From a virus (taxonomy: Duplodnaviria > Caudoviricetes), in IMG/VR virus record IMGVR_UViG_3300011339_000645, positions 1 to 53,865 of that record: DNA of 53,865 bases. The stretch is one strand, 5' to 3'. Under the pieces are notes generated by a model. It was not told where the DNA came from. It worked only from the letters and a program-made list of their open reading frames with translations, and ran no database searches. Position 1 is the stretch's first letter, and each line of letters begins with the position of its first letter. Positions 10,195 through 20,250 of the stretch are shown piece after piece. The position numbers were made by a program, and so were the translations under genes.

Positions 10195-11156
10195 GGGTTG
10201 TAGAAGTAATCATCCGCACTCGGAGAGCCAAGATAATTCCCAACTAAATTATCGGGACGCTGGAAGTTTGCGATGCGAAGCGGTGCGGCAGTTGGAATCT
10301 CTTCGCCCTCCATCACCTTTTCTTCTTCTTGAACTGCCAATCCCAAGTTAGCCAAGAACTCTTGTGGCTTCCTGTTCTCCCTAGAGTTGAGAGCCAATAC
10401 CGCATAGATCATTGCATCGGGCGAGAACTCTACCAACTGCAACGGGTCGGTCACATCGTAGAATCTCTTGCTGGCATAGATCGTCATGCAGTCCACATTC
10501 TTTGGAATCTGGAACCTACGGAATACAGGGTTCACATCCGTTGGCTGGTAGATTGCAATCAAGAACTGGATGTCCAGCACAGGGTCATAAGCATACACTC
10601 GGATTCGTCCGTATGTTTTTGGCTTGCTGACCGTGCGGATTGCCGTGACTAGTTGAGTTGACTTGCCGATGCTTGGGCCGTTCTCTGCTGTTACCTCGAC
10701 ATTCTGATACGATTGGTATTCGTTCTGCGCCTCAAACAATAGCTTAACGCCAGCGTCTTCCATCTTCTCTGCCATTACAGCGATTTGATAGGGACGGGCG
10801 GTATAGTCGCGGAACAATACATGGTATCCACCAGCCTCAGTAATTAACCGATGGCAGGAGTTACCGCTATTGTAGAGGTTCTTCCATTGAGTAGCATTGA
10901 ACCACTCATCCGCGAGACTGGCCGATTCTCCGTTGATCCAAGCAAGACGGATTTGCTCGTAGCGATTAGGCAGCGTGAAGCAGGAATCAGCACACTTAAC
11001 GCAGAAATACTCTGCGGTGTTATTCCATTCCCTTTTGTTCCACAAAAGTCTGCGAGCTTGGTTAATAGCTTTGATGGCCCTTTCCGACGAGCAAACGCCA
11101 GAATCACCAACAAAGCCCTTCACCACCTCAACCATCTCATCGAGGGTATCGGCCAT
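10191..11156 (-). CDS. Probable tail adaptor (tail tubular protein A-like)
   Basis: 321 aa in the podoviral tail block; AIKAINQARRLL N-terminal helix and TLPNRYEQIR motif; mostly a positional call. Confidence 0.5.
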   Translation of the reverse strand: MADTLDEMVEVVKGFVGDSGVCSSERAIKAINQARRLLWNKREWNNTAEYFCVKCADSCFTLPNRYEQIRLAWINGESASLADEWFNATQWKNLYNSGNSCHRLITEAGGYHVLFRDYTARPYQIAVMAEKMEDAGVKLLFEAQNEYQSYQNVEVTAENGPSIGKSTQLVTAIRTVSKPKTYGRIRVYAYDPVLDIQFLIAIYQPTDVNPVFRRFQIPKNVDCMTIYASKRFYDVTDPLQLVEFSPDAMIYAVLALNSRENRKPQEFLANLGLAVQEEEKVMEGEEIPTAAPLRIANFQRPDNLVGNYLGSPSADDYFYNP

Positions 11157-11177
11157 AGGGTTTATCGTTAACGATAA

Positions 11178-11357
11178 TTAGCGAGGGCCACCGAATTGAG
11201 TGACAGGCTTGCCAACCGTAGGAAGTGGCTTGGAGCTATAAGGGCTAGGTGTCTTGGCTCCGAGGTTAGGCATATTGCCCATTCCTTCACGGATGGTTCC
11301 ACGGGTGGAAGAACCACCGCTGACGAGTTTAGGATCAGTTCCTTTAAGAGGTGTCAT
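11178..11357 (-). CDS. Small Pro/Gly-rich virion-module protein (59 aa)
   Basis: Hand-translated MTPLKGTDPKLVSGGSSTRGTIREGMG...GGPR*; fills the gap exactly; A-rich leader. Confidence 0.65.
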   Translation of the reverse strand: MTPLKGTDPKLVSGGSSTRGTIREGMGNMPNLGAKTPSPYSSKPLPTVGKPVTQFGGPR

Positions 11358-11366
11358 AGTATTAGT

Positions 11367-11882
11367 TTAGTTAGTGTGTGTGGCTGTCCATTGTAACTGG
11401 GTAACGGTTGCTGGATTGTCGTTAACCAGAATGGTGAAGCCTGTTGTTGTTTGCCCAGTCTGCAAAATATATTTACCAGCCGCTGCTGATGTAGCTGTTC
11501 CTACTGGAGTAATAGATATTCCATAGGTTGCGCTAGGTAGCGCGGCGAAAGTGACATTCAAAGTAGAGTTTCCAGCAGTAACTGAAATCAACCCAGTCCG
11601 AACCGTAATGATCGGACGAGCGAGAAGCGCAGTAATGTTAGCCTCAATAGTAACGATGTCAGCTTGGATGTCATTGACTTCAGTCTGGAGGTTGGCTACA
11701 TCAGTAGTAAGTTGCGCGATAGCCTCTGGGCTGAGATCGCTCAAGTCAGGAATGTTGACGGTTCCGTTAGCTAGAACTGTGTCGATAAAAGTCTGGAAGA
11801 TATTGCGCCAGTCACCAGATGGGCAGAAGTCATCTGGCACATTCGGAAAAATGATTTGAGGATTCGAGTCTTGATTATCCAT
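11367..11882 (-). CDS. Tail needle / short fibre-like protein
   Basis: Likely start MDNQDSNP at 11882, overlapping the upstream stop; heptad coiled coil (IAQLTTDVANLQTEVNDIQADIVTIEANITAL) followed by a small beta domain. Confidence 0.55.
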   Translation of the reverse strand: MDNQDSNPQIIFPNVPDDFCPSGDWRNIFQTFIDTVLANGTVNIPDLSDLSPEAIAQLTTDVANLQTEVNDIQADIVTIEANITALLARPIITVRTGLISVTAGNSTLNVTFAALPSATYGISITPVGTATSAAAGKYILQTGQTTTGFTILVNDNPATVTQLQWTATHTN

Positions 11883-13881
11883 TGTAAATAGCGTAGTCCC
11901 AGTATCTTTCGGGACAACAGATTTCAGCGCATTCTTGTTGGTCTTCTGGGCAATCACCAATAGGCGAGTCTTCGTTATTCTTGATGTTTGCCATGATCCG
12001 AACCCTATCCACGGTAGCTACTCCCGTCAAGCTGATTTTCAGTTGAAACTCACTACCTTCCACCGCTGGGATTCCAGCAATATCATTGCACTCCGATGGG
12101 TCTGGCGTTGTGAACTTGTAGCGTTTGTATTGATTCCCGCCCCTTCGTGGAGTGCAGTCATCAATCAGAGTTGGTGAACATGGGTTGCATCCGTAGGTAG
12201 TAGGAACCTTTAGCTCCGACCAGCATGGGTTGCTATCCGAGCGATACTCAACTTGGCTAGTCACCTCACCGGGGATATTGCTCATCCACATTTCTCCACC
12301 AGTAATTTTCTTCCGAATGAACTTGTTTGTCAGTCCACTCTTGTTGAAGTCGTAGCGTCCAGTCGTAATGAAGCCTTTGATCTGGCTAGTTCCATTAGGG
12401 CCGTAGTCATCGCCACCATCATTCGTGATTTCATACAGACGATTCTTTTCGTCTTGGTCAAAGCTAAATCCGAATCCGCGCTTTTCTCCGCTAATCATCG
12501 CAGTCAGTAATTGAGTTGGACGGAAGCCTGTCCATAGACCATTCCAGCGGAAGGTAAGATCGGCGTCTGGTGATGGGCTGGCAGTTTGATCCAAGTCCAA
12601 AACAATCATTCCCCTGTGGTATCTATGAAGTCCTTGAGCATTGTTCTTCTTTGTCTGTGGCGCGACTGTGCTTACCAAGTAGTTGTTGATATACATGGTC
12701 GAGGCGAATTGCTTTAACCATTTTGTATCCAAATCAACCCACTTGTTCACTTCGCGTGAAAGTTTTCGCAATGAAAAGTATTGGCTGAACTGAGATTGGC
12801 TATTAGAATAAAATGCCCAACCATCATGGGAGCGGAACCATAGTTCGCTATTTACCAATGCAACATTTGGGCTGGTGCAGCCGCGACCTATTAGCGAGAT
12901 GCGTTGTATACTTGTTAGATTCCATTGGATGCGAGGAATACTGACATCCATTGCGAACGCTCCATTAGATGTTAAGACAACGAGCATTCCTTGGCCGCGA
13001 AGGTTTAGACCTATCTCTGGCATAACCTTCATCGCAGTAATCTCACCCATCATCGCTGGAGTCGAGAACGCTCCACCCTCTGCCCAGTAGGTAATCTCTG
13101 TGAAGTTTTGGGTATTTGTTGTATCGGTGAAGCCTGCTCCGAAGATAATATCCGATGCGTAGATTTGGTTGTATTTGTCGGATACGAACACGCGCCCGAA
13201 TGCATACTCCATGATCGTGCCGATTGGCATCTGACCTTTAGCGGGATATAGCCTATACGCTGGCATTGCTACAGTCCCAGTTCCAGTCGCTGGGCCAGTT
13301 GCCGTGAACTTAACACCAACCGTATTCGATGGTGCGCCGATCAATGTATAATCGGTTGTGCCTACCGTTACGATCTCGCAGTAGGTATTAGCTGTGATTA
13401 GTGTTGCTGATACCGCCCCTACCACCCCGCCCCATGCTATTGCGTATTGGTAGCCATTCTGGATGTAGACTCGATCTTCAGCTTGCACAAACCATGTGTG
13501 CATGAGTGAAGCGTCATTCCAGTCAGTCAGCCCCGGCAGGATGTATGCCGTTGCGTAGTTATTGATAATATGCAGGAAGTATATCTTCCCAGATACAGAG
13601 AGCAGCAGCCCGTCTCCCAATGCCGCCTCGTTGACCTTGCGGTAGGGATAAGCCCCTTGGAAGTTTCCCGTCTCAATATCGTTAACGATAGTCGCTGGCT
13701 GTCCTTCGCCTGCAACTATTCGGAGATTCCGAATACTTGGCCTAGTCTGGTTAATACCCCCGCGAAAGGTGCGGTTGACCGACTCTGCTACATAGAACTC
13801 TGGAAGATACGATGGATGAGTATCAGCGTCTTGCGCTACGATACTTGTGAATCCATCGAATACTGATCCCTCTGTTGGCAT
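11875..13881 (-). CDS. Tail nozzle / tail tubular protein B-like (P22 gp10-type)
   Basis: 668 aa, beta-rich (YAFGRVFV, IYASD, LWFRSHDG), Cys-rich C-terminus; position in the tail block. Confidence 0.6.
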   Translation of the reverse strand: MPTEGSVFDGFTSIVAQDADTHPSYLPEFYVAESVNRTFRGGINQTRPSIRNLRIVAGEGQPATIVNDIETGNFQGAYPYRKVNEAALGDGLLLSVSGKIYFLHIINNYATAYILPGLTDWNDASLMHTWFVQAEDRVYIQNGYQYAIAWGGVVGAVSATLITANTYCEIVTVGTTDYTLIGAPSNTVGVKFTATGPATGTGTVAMPAYRLYPAKGQMPIGTIMEYAFGRVFVSDKYNQIYASDIIFGAGFTDTTNTQNFTEITYWAEGGAFSTPAMMGEITAMKVMPEIGLNLRGQGMLVVLTSNGAFAMDVSIPRIQWNLTSIQRISLIGRGCTSPNVALVNSELWFRSHDGWAFYSNSQSQFSQYFSLRKLSREVNKWVDLDTKWLKQFASTMYINNYLVSTVAPQTKKNNAQGLHRYHRGMIVLDLDQTASPSPDADLTFRWNGLWTGFRPTQLLTAMISGEKRGFGFSFDQDEKNRLYEITNDGGDDYGPNGTSQIKGFITTGRYDFNKSGLTNKFIRKKITGGEMWMSNIPGEVTSQVEYRSDSNPCWSELKVPTTYGCNPCSPTLIDDCTPRRGGNQYKRYKFTTPDPSECNDIAGIPAVEGSEFQLKISLTGVATVDRVRIMANIKNNEDSPIGDCPEDQQECAEICCPERYWDYAIYNG

Positions 13882-14309
13882 TAGACAACAATGCGAAGCT
13901 CACCAGTAGCAGTTTTGTAAACATCGTCAGCAACTAATCCGCCAGCAATAGCTGCGGCATTGTTTGCATAAGTTGGAAGCCCTTGCAATCGAACGGTTCC
14001 AAGAACATGAAGTGTTTTTGCTGGAATGCTAGTTCCAATTCCAAAATTAGCTCCTAAAAAACAAGTCGCCTTTGTTGCTGCTGTGCTTATGTTAGAAAAT
14101 GCAAAAACTCCATCTGTCGATCCATCGTAAGTTATTTCTCCTCCAGTAGATGGCATTAAATCAAGTTTACCTCTAGCTGTTGTTTGAATTGAAATAGCTC
14201 CTCCAGCTCCACTTTGGCTAACTGATAATCCAACTCCCGTGCTATTATCGCTGATTATTCCTCTTTTGGCGTAAAGAATTATTTTAGAAATGATGTCAGT
14301 TAGTGTCAT
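13881..14309 (-). CDS. Tail fibre-associated protein
   Basis: Start MTLTDII overlaps the upstream stop (ATGA); GIGTSIPAKTLHVLG and LPTYANNAAAIAGGL motifs are common in phage fibres. Confidence 0.6.
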   Translation of the reverse strand: MTLTDIISKIILYAKRGIISDNSTGVGLSVSQSGAGGAISIQTTARGKLDLMPSTGGEITYDGSTDGVFAFSNISTAATKATCFLGANFGIGTSIPAKTLHVLGTVRLQGLPTYANNAAAIAGGLVADDVYKTATGELRIVV

Positions 14310-14782
14310 AGGATTGAATATACCCTCCAAGTTGTTCCTTCAAAACGAATAGTGATTTGATTTGGCCAAGTTGTGTTAAGCACAAGATCATCTGCCACAT
14401 TTTCTATAAACGATCCATTTCGGCTGATTGTGACATTGTTTACTCCCCATGTATTGAAGTGATCGGCCAATACAATTTCCGTGAATTGAGCTGGGCTAGA
14501 TGGAAGTATAATCTGGAATGACCCAGTTGCACTATTCAAACTCAACTTGTCTCCGTTCTTTGCGAAGTATGTTGAGCTAATTGCTTGCCATCCGATTTGG
14601 GTTAGCCACTTAATTCCGTTGTCCCAGATAAGGGATGCTGGAGTTGTCGGGCTAGTCAACGCCTTTTGGCAGAATGCTTCATCTTCTACAATAAGTCGCT
14701 TGGCCGTATCCGTAGCAGGAAACGGATCGCAGAAAATCGGAAGCTCGTCGTTGGCTGGTGTGCAGGGTGTGCAGTTACTCAT
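14306..14782 (-). CDS. Tail-associated protein
   Basis: Cys-rich N-terminus; C-terminal IILPSSPA...VTISRNGSFI...TW beta domain typical of tail fibre/baseplate repeats. Confidence 0.6.
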   Translation of the reverse strand: MSNCTPCTPANDELPIFCDPFPATDTAKRLIVEDEAFCQKALTSPTTPASLIWDNGIKWLTQIGWQAISSTYFAKNGDKLSLNSATGSFQIILPSSPAQFTEIVLADHFNTWGVNNVTISRNGSFIENVADDLVLNTTWPNQITIRFEGTTWRVYSIL

Positions 14783-14784
14783 GT

Positions 14785-14913
14785 TTAAATATTTTTTATA
14801 TCAACTTTACTGAAATACTCAATAGCTTCTTTCGGTGCATTAGCAAACCAAGAAATGTAGTTTCCGCAGTCAATTCCAATTGCCGTGTTGTTCCAGTAGA
14901 TTAGGTTTTCCAT
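14785..14913 (-). CDS. Small hypothetical protein (42 aa)
   Basis: Hand-translated MENLIYWNNTAIGIDCGNYISWFANAPKEAIEYFSKVDIKNI*; fills the gap. Confidence 0.4.
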   Translation of the reverse strand: MENLIYWNNTAIGIDCGNYISWFANAPKEAIEYFSKVDIKNI

Positions 14914-14914
14914 A

Positions 14915-15184
14915 TCAGCAGTCTATTGCATCAGAGAACTCTGGCAAAGTTTTAATGTGGATGTATGCTTGTTTGATTGGATTCTCGCTTGAATTTAAAT
15001 CCAAATTGAAACGACCAACTTGCGTTTTTATACAATCGTTTGAATCTTTTGATTTCTTAAATTCCAAAATGTAAACCGAATTTTCTTTAGAACATTCGGT
15101 TGTTTTAACCTTAATGTAGGTATTTGGAATTTCCACTTCAATTCCAAAATTGTCTGTCAATTTTATGTTTTTTTGTAGTGCCAT
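14915..15184 (-). CDS. Small tail-fibre-associated protein
   Basis: 89 aa ending NPIKQAYIHIKTLPEFSDAIDC, directly after the tailspike gene. Confidence 0.6.
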   Translation of the reverse strand: MALQKNIKLTDNFGIEVEIPNTYIKVKTTECSKENSVYILEFKKSKDSNDCIKTQVGRFNLDLNSSENPIKQAYIHIKTLPEFSDAIDC

Positions 15185-15199
15185 AGTTTTATTTTTTTG

Positions 15200-16957
15200 T
15201 TAAAGAGTTCTTGATACTTCAAACCATGTTGATCCAGTATGAATTAATGTTAATGTTTGGCCCGCAAGAAAAGTATGATTTGCGTTATTTTGCAATCTCA
15301 TTGTTTCATTTGTTGATCCAGCATATGTGCTTGTAATTGTTATTGATTGATTAAAAAATAAAGTTACAATTCTTCTTGCCCATCCATGTCTTAAAAATTC
15401 AAAAGAAGAAGCAGATGGGCTAAAAATAATAAAAGCATCTCCTTGTTGTGGAATTTGTAATATACTAGATGATGGTTGTATTGTTGGTATTTTTATATTT
15501 CCAGATACTGGATTTGATGTAAAATTTGTTTTTAAATTTGTTATACTTATAGGTTCTCCTGTAACAACTGTAGATGATATTGGCTGACTTGCTGTTTCCG
15601 CATTTATATTTGATAAAATCGCTTTTGAAGAGGCATTATCTATTGTAACTGCTTTATCAATTCCAACTCCAGTTAGTAAATTATCAACAATTACATCACC
15701 AGAATAAACAAGAATTCCATGATCTGTATTCCCCCAACTACTATGGTTTGAAATTACTGTTGTAAGTCCCGCTGTTGTGTTTACATAAACTCCAGCAGTT
15801 GCTTGTGCTGCTGATTGGCAATTAACAATTTTTGTATTTCTGCAATCTCCGCTTATTACAAATCCAATTGTTCCGCCAAGACCATCATTTACATTGTCTG
15901 CTCCGCATCCAGATATTGTTACATCATCGCAATTTGAGATTAGATATCCTCTTACATATCCATAACTAAAACAATTTGTTATTTTATTCCAATCTCCTCC
16001 ATTTGCTAAAGTTATGAATGCACCGGATCTTTTTAAATCTCCAATAGCTACTCCTGCAAAAGGCCAAGCATGAACATTTTCAATATATGAAATATCATAA
16101 CAAGCATCAATTCTAATTCCATTTATATTATCTAAATATACATAATTGAATTTAATCCTTTGATTTCCATTGGATGTAAATGCAATATTAAATCCAAGTA
16201 TCATTGAATGTGTTACTGAAACATCATCTCCAGTTGCAGTAATTGCAGTTCCAGAATACAAGGATGATGCAGCGGGGAATGTCATTCCTTTTCTATAAAT
16301 TAAAAGTTTATTTATAGAAGAACCGCCCTGCATTGTGATTGTTATTGCAGGATTTACAATTAGCGTCCCTTTTACTTCATTGTAATTATTCCAAGTATTG
16401 TTTGACGCGCTGCCAATAAATTCATTTGGCCCAATCAAAGACACATGAGGCTTAATTGTTAATGCTGTATCAATCAAGCACACCATTGAATTTGGTATCA
16501 ATACAGTTCCTCCTGCAATTCCAAGACTATTGATTGCTGCTTGGATGAATGGGGTATCGTCCGCTACTCCATCACCAACCGCGCCGAAATCTTTCACATT
16601 CACCACATCAGCAAAGCGAGTGACAAGGTTGCGTGGTGCAGTCGATCCAGTAGCAAGGAATGGAGTGAACTCATTGAACCCAGTAGCGGTCACCCATGCT
16701 AGTCCAGTCCAAGCATAAAGTTCGCTGGCTCCAGTATTCCAATACAACGCTCCAACTTGAAGCGGATTCCCCTCGTTATCTTGCGTTGGTGCTACCGCGA
16801 ATGCTCCGAGGTATAGTGCGTTGAACTCAAGCCAAAGGTCTTCAGCCTTGTTAGCCTGCGTCTGGGCGTATTGAGCATACTGACCAGCCTTCGTGAGTGC
16901 TTGATTGAAAGATGAACCGCACGGATCGTGGTTACAATTAGAGTTGCAGCAGGACAT
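15200..16957 (-). CDS. Tailspike 1 (pectate-lyase-like right-handed beta-helix)
   Basis: VNVKDFGAVGDGVADDT motif followed by Asn/Ile-rich beta-helix repeats; AT-rich 3' part. Confidence 0.85.
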   Translation of the reverse strand: MSCCNSNCNHDPCGSSFNQALTKAGQYAQYAQTQANKAEDLWLEFNALYLGAFAVAPTQDNEGNPLQVGALYWNTGASELYAWTGLAWVTATGFNEFTPFLATGSTAPRNLVTRFADVVNVKDFGAVGDGVADDTPFIQAAINSLGIAGGTVLIPNSMVCLIDTALTIKPHVSLIGPNEFIGSASNNTWNNYNEVKGTLIVNPAITITMQGGSSINKLLIYRKGMTFPAASSLYSGTAITATGDDVSVTHSMILGFNIAFTSNGNQRIKFNYVYLDNINGIRIDACYDISYIENVHAWPFAGVAIGDLKRSGAFITLANGGDWNKITNCFSYGYVRGYLISNCDDVTISGCGADNVNDGLGGTIGFVISGDCRNTKIVNCQSAAQATAGVYVNTTAGLTTVISNHSSWGNTDHGILVYSGDVIVDNLLTGVGIDKAVTIDNASSKAILSNINAETASQPISSTVVTGEPISITNLKTNFTSNPVSGNIKIPTIQPSSSILQIPQQGDAFIIFSPSASSFEFLRHGWARRIVTLFFNQSITITSTYAGSTNETMRLQNNANHTFLAGQTLTLIHTGSTWFEVSRTL

Positions 16958-16998
16958 AATTTTATCGTTAACGATAGTTAGGGTTTAAGTCAAATGTT

Positions 16999-17580
16999 TT
17001 ATTGGGTTTTTTGAAAATGCATGGCGTCCCGAAAAATCACCGCGCCAAGGTTGATCCAGCCATGCTGGGCGAATACCTCGATCACCTGTAGGGGCATCCG
17101 CGATCTTGTAGGCCAGACTGTGTGCAGACCATTGTTGCTGGCATCTAGGTCGATTGCCGCTGCCCATGCGTGTTTGCTTGGCTCTGATCCGCCGCGCTGT
17201 GGTCGATTCACATAGCTTCCGAAGAACTTGTCGATGCCAGCCGCGCTTCTTGAGTCTGGAGTCATGTAGATGTCTAGCAAGTCCTCAAAGATTTCTATGA
17301 GGCTTTCAGCGCACTTGGCGTGGATTGGAATCCCGCTGATCACCTCTGGCCCGTCATACAGATACATTTTATATGGAGCGTTGATTCGGACAATAGGAAC
17401 TTGCCCCGGCTTGCCGAAGAACTCTGTGCAGGCTTTCGTGCTAGGCTTTGGTGAGATAGGAGGATTGGGGGACATAACAGCAAGGTGCTTCTTTAAAGCA
17501 GCCATACTCTTTGGCCCCCACCACCCGTCTGGCGTTACACCAATACGGGCTTGCATACTCTCTATCTCAGACCTAGTCAT
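16999..17580 (-). CDS. Endolysin, M15-family peptidase with N-terminal peptidoglycan-binding segment
   Basis: SKHAWAAAIDL and DAMHFQ zinc-ligand motifs; N-terminal MQARIGVTPDGWWGPKS. Confidence 0.85.
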   Translation of the reverse strand: MTRSEIESMQARIGVTPDGWWGPKSMAALKKHLAVMSPNPPISPKPSTKACTEFFGKPGQVPIVRINAPYKMYLYDGPEVISGIPIHAKCAESLIEIFEDLLDIYMTPDSRSAAGIDKFFGSYVNRPQRGGSEPSKHAWAAAIDLDASNNGLHTVWPTRSRMPLQVIEVFAQHGWINLGAVIFRDAMHFQKTQ

Positions 17581-17750
17581 TTACCTTTACGGAGGACATT
17601 GATGACGCCAACCAATCCCAAGCCAGCTACGAGGATTTGGTTCTGCAATTCTGGGTCAAGTTTTACTCCAAGTGCCGTAGCTACTAGGATGAGTCCGCGC
17701 CATGTCGAGTTCTCGGACAGGCGTTGCAATACGATGTTTACGATTTTCAT
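17577..17750 (-). CDS. Holin-like protein (57 aa)
   Basis: Hand-translated MKIVNIVLQRLSENSTWRGLILVATALG...GLGLVGVINVLRKGK*; two hydrophobic segments and a basic tail; ATGA overlap with the endolysin. Confidence 0.7.
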   Translation of the reverse strand: MKIVNIVLQRLSENSTWRGLILVATALGVKLDPELQNQILVAGLGLVGVINVLRKGK

Positions 17751-17974
17751 TTGTCTTTTAATGTTTTAGAGAATTGCTCAAATGCAAATATTACACTTGG
17801 GTCTGTTTTCTCTGTTTCTGTTTTGTTTTCTGGTTTGATGCGCGGAATATACGATACCGCCAATTTGAGTTGGATTGAACCAAGTTTTCCTTGATCCTTT
17901 CCAATTGGAGGTATCGGTATATTTACGCAGGAGGAAAGTAGTATCACCGAGATTATCGTTAACGATAATTTCAT
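17747..17974 (-). CDS. Lipoprotein, possible spanin component
   Basis: Signal peptide with lipobox LLSSC followed by a Pro-rich segment; in the lysis cluster. Confidence 0.6.
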   Translation of the reverse strand: MKLSLTIISVILLSSCVNIPIPPIGKDQGKLGSIQLKLAVSYIPRIKPENKTETEKTDPSVIFAFEQFSKTLKDK

Positions 17975-18168
17975 TTGTCTTCTTTACGCTTCAATTTTGA
18001 AAGCATCAGAAATATCGAAACCCATGCGGCGATAATCGCGCTCAAGGATGCTAAAATTCGGAGCCATATATCTAGTTCTGGTAACATTGAAATCATTACA
18101 GCGAACACGCTAAATACTGTGCCAGCAATTCCAGTTCCATGTGATGTCATGCTTGTATCAGGGTTCAT
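17971..18168 (-). CDS. Two-TM membrane protein (holin/antiholin-like)
   Basis: Two hydrophobic helices and basic C-terminus KLKRKEDK; in the lysis cluster. Confidence 0.6.
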   Translation of the reverse strand: MNPDTSMTSHGTGIAGTVFSVFAVMISMLPELDIWLRILASLSAIIAAWVSIFLMLSKLKRKEDK

Positions 18169-18377
18169 AAATCTTGTGGTTGATCTGGGTATTTAAGGTC
18201 TAAATTTTTAATTTGATTTTCGCACTCTTGTTCCGTTCCGACAAAAAGTGTTCCGCCAGTAGCTATTGGCTCATCCGTCTGCTCGTAAAAAATGATTATT
18301 TTGTCGTGATATGACAACTTCCAGTTTCCTAAAGAATCGTCATATGACCAGCCATTTTCGTTTGGTGGAATTGTCAT
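18165..18377 (-). CDS. Hypothetical protein
   Basis: 70 aa with ATGA overlaps on both sides. Confidence 0.6.
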   Translation of the reverse strand: MTIPPNENGWSYDDSLGNWKLSYHDKIIIFYEQTDEPIATGGTLFVGTEQECENQIKNLDLKYPDQPQDL

Positions 18378-19228
18378 GGGACTGTTACTGCGAGAGTTGA
18401 GGTTGCAGAAGTATAGGTTGCAGTTGTTCCTGCTGGGACACCTGTAAGGCTAATCACTCCCGGTGCGTAAGACTGAACAGTTGTGCCTTGGAAAAATCTA
18501 AAATTAGTTGTTGTCGCAACTGGTGGCGAAACATTAAAAACAACTGATAAGCTAGGGGATGTAAATTTTGCCGTTGCGGTAGATAACCCTGTAGTTTGCG
18601 ATACAATAAGTTGCCCTGCTGTTGTGCTTGTTGATCCGGTGTAGGTTAAGTTACTTGCGTTTAATGACAAAAAGCCATTGCCTAATTTTAAGAGGTTGCC
18701 TGCGCCAGAGATTGTGCCAGTAATTGTTGTGTTTCCGCCAGATATTCGGAAAACCATCTGGAAATTAGAAGTAAAATTATTTGGCAGGGTTATTGCGCCC
18801 GCGCCTCTAATGTCCCACCCGCCTGTCCCAGTAACTGTTCCAGTCCCGAATGCGTTGCTGCTGGAAATAATTACAATACCAATTAGAGATGTGCCTCCAG
18901 AGTATGTGTTGCTGCCACCTATTGTTAGAGTGTTTGCTCCACTTTTTATCAACGATCCCGCTCCGCTAATAACTCCATTCAAAACTGATGCGCTTGAAAT
19001 TTCAAGTTGCCCAGCATTGATTTGCGTAGGCCCAGTATAGTTAAATATTTGGCCAGTTTGCAGAGTCCCGTTTCCAGTTTTAACAAGTCCGGTTGTGCCA
19101 CTAATTGGTTGGTTATAAGAAACTACTCCGGGATAAATATGGAAATAGCGAAATGCCGCCGTTGCAGATGCAATTGAACTTACATTACTTGTCCCAACTT
19201 CTGCTGCGGTAGAATCAGTTAAAATCAT
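18374..19228 (-). CDS. Fibre/adhesin with autotransporter-associated beta-strand repeats
   Basis: Three repeats of type G-L-K-G-G-L-L...YTG-T-I-AG-L (LVKTGNGTLQ, LIKSGANTLT, LLKLGNGFLS). Confidence 0.75.
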   Translation of the reverse strand: MILTDSTAAEVGTSNVSSIASATAAFRYFHIYPGVVSYNQPISGTTGLVKTGNGTLQTGQIFNYTGPTQINAGQLEISSASVLNGVISGAGSLIKSGANTLTIGGSNTYSGGTSLIGIVIISSSNAFGTGTVTGTGGWDIRGAGAITLPNNFTSNFQMVFRISGGNTTITGTISGAGNLLKLGNGFLSLNASNLTYTGSTSTTAGQLIVSQTTGLSTATAKFTSPSLSVVFNVSPPVATTTNFRFFQGTTVQSYAPGVISLTGVPAGTTATYTSATSTLAVTVP

Positions 19229-20235
19229 CCTACGATAATGTAAAGTGTGTTTGCAGTAGGAGTTACAATTGCGCTGTAGGCAGCAGAAGTGATTTGCACC
19301 ATGTTGAGTAATTGCGTTCCTCCTTGTGCTGCGGTGGTGTCGCTTAAAACGCCAGTGTTAGAAAGAGTGCCAGCAGTCAGAGATAGACCAGTTCCAATCG
19401 ATATTTCCTCCGCAACACCTGTTCCTGCCGTAGATCGACCAAGCAACTTGTTTGTCGCCATGCTGGTCGAGATGACTGGAGTTGTGCCACCAGTGCTTGT
19501 GATTGGTGAGGTTGCTGATACTGATGTAACTGCCGCCGTAGTTTGAATTGTATTGTCGTTAAATTTAATGCCAGTTGAAGCAACAACTAATTGCCCAGTC
19601 ATCGTGTCGCCAGCCTTTAAAACATAAGCAGAAAGGTCTACAGAAGGAAGGGAAGTAGTAGTTTGAGCAACATTTGCATCTTCAAAATGCATTGTCATTG
19701 TTCTGCCGCCAAGATCAAGTGCGTAGAATTTAACTACAAGTCGATCTGTAGCTAAAATACTTGTTGCAGGAACTGCGATGCTCCACAAATACAATTCGTT
19801 TACTGTCCCATCTGTAATTGGATGTGGGTTAGAAATATTTGTTGCAATTAGCGTTTCTGTTCCAGCAAGATTGCGCGAATAAATTTCGCCATAAATTTTA
19901 GGTGTTCCACCATTGGAATTCATTGAAACATAATTTTCAAAATTCCAGTTACCTGATGGGATTGTTGTAACATTTGGATCATTTAAAACTGTTGCAAATG
20001 ACCCAACTAATTGTGTGCCTGCGCCAGTAGCCGTTAGCGTAGTCCCTGCACCAATTACCAAGTTTTTAGACATCTCATAGTATCCAAAGATACTTGATGG
20101 AATTGAGCGGTTGAAGTAATATACTGCCCCAAAAGTTCCACCGCCTCCTCCTCCGGTTTGTGCGGCTTGGTAAATCTCCCATAACTGACCATCTTCGGTC
20201 AGCGCGGCGAAACATTCTTTAGAGTCAATTGGCAT
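19225..20235 (-). CDS. Fibre-like structural protein
   Basis: YVLKAGDTMTG, LLGRSTAGTGVAEEISIGTGLSL and ANTLYII motifs seen in phage fibres; N-terminal ECF..L..D.QL motif. Confidence 0.7.
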   Translation of the reverse strand: MPIDSKECFAALTEDGQLWEIYQAAQTGGGGGGTFGAVYYFNRSIPSSIFGYYEMSKNLVIGAGTTLTATGAGTQLVGSFATVLNDPNVTTIPSGNWNFENYVSMNSNGGTPKIYGEIYSRNLAGTETLIATNISNPHPITDGTVNELYLWSIAVPATSILATDRLVVKFYALDLGGRTMTMHFEDANVAQTTTSLPSVDLSAYVLKAGDTMTGQLVVASTGIKFNDNTIQTTAAVTSVSATSPITSTGGTTPVISTSMATNKLLGRSTAGTGVAEEISIGTGLSLTAGTLSNTGVLSDTTAAQGGTQLLNMVQITSAAYSAIVTPTANTLYIIVG

Positions 20236-20250
20236 ATTTGAAATAGTATT

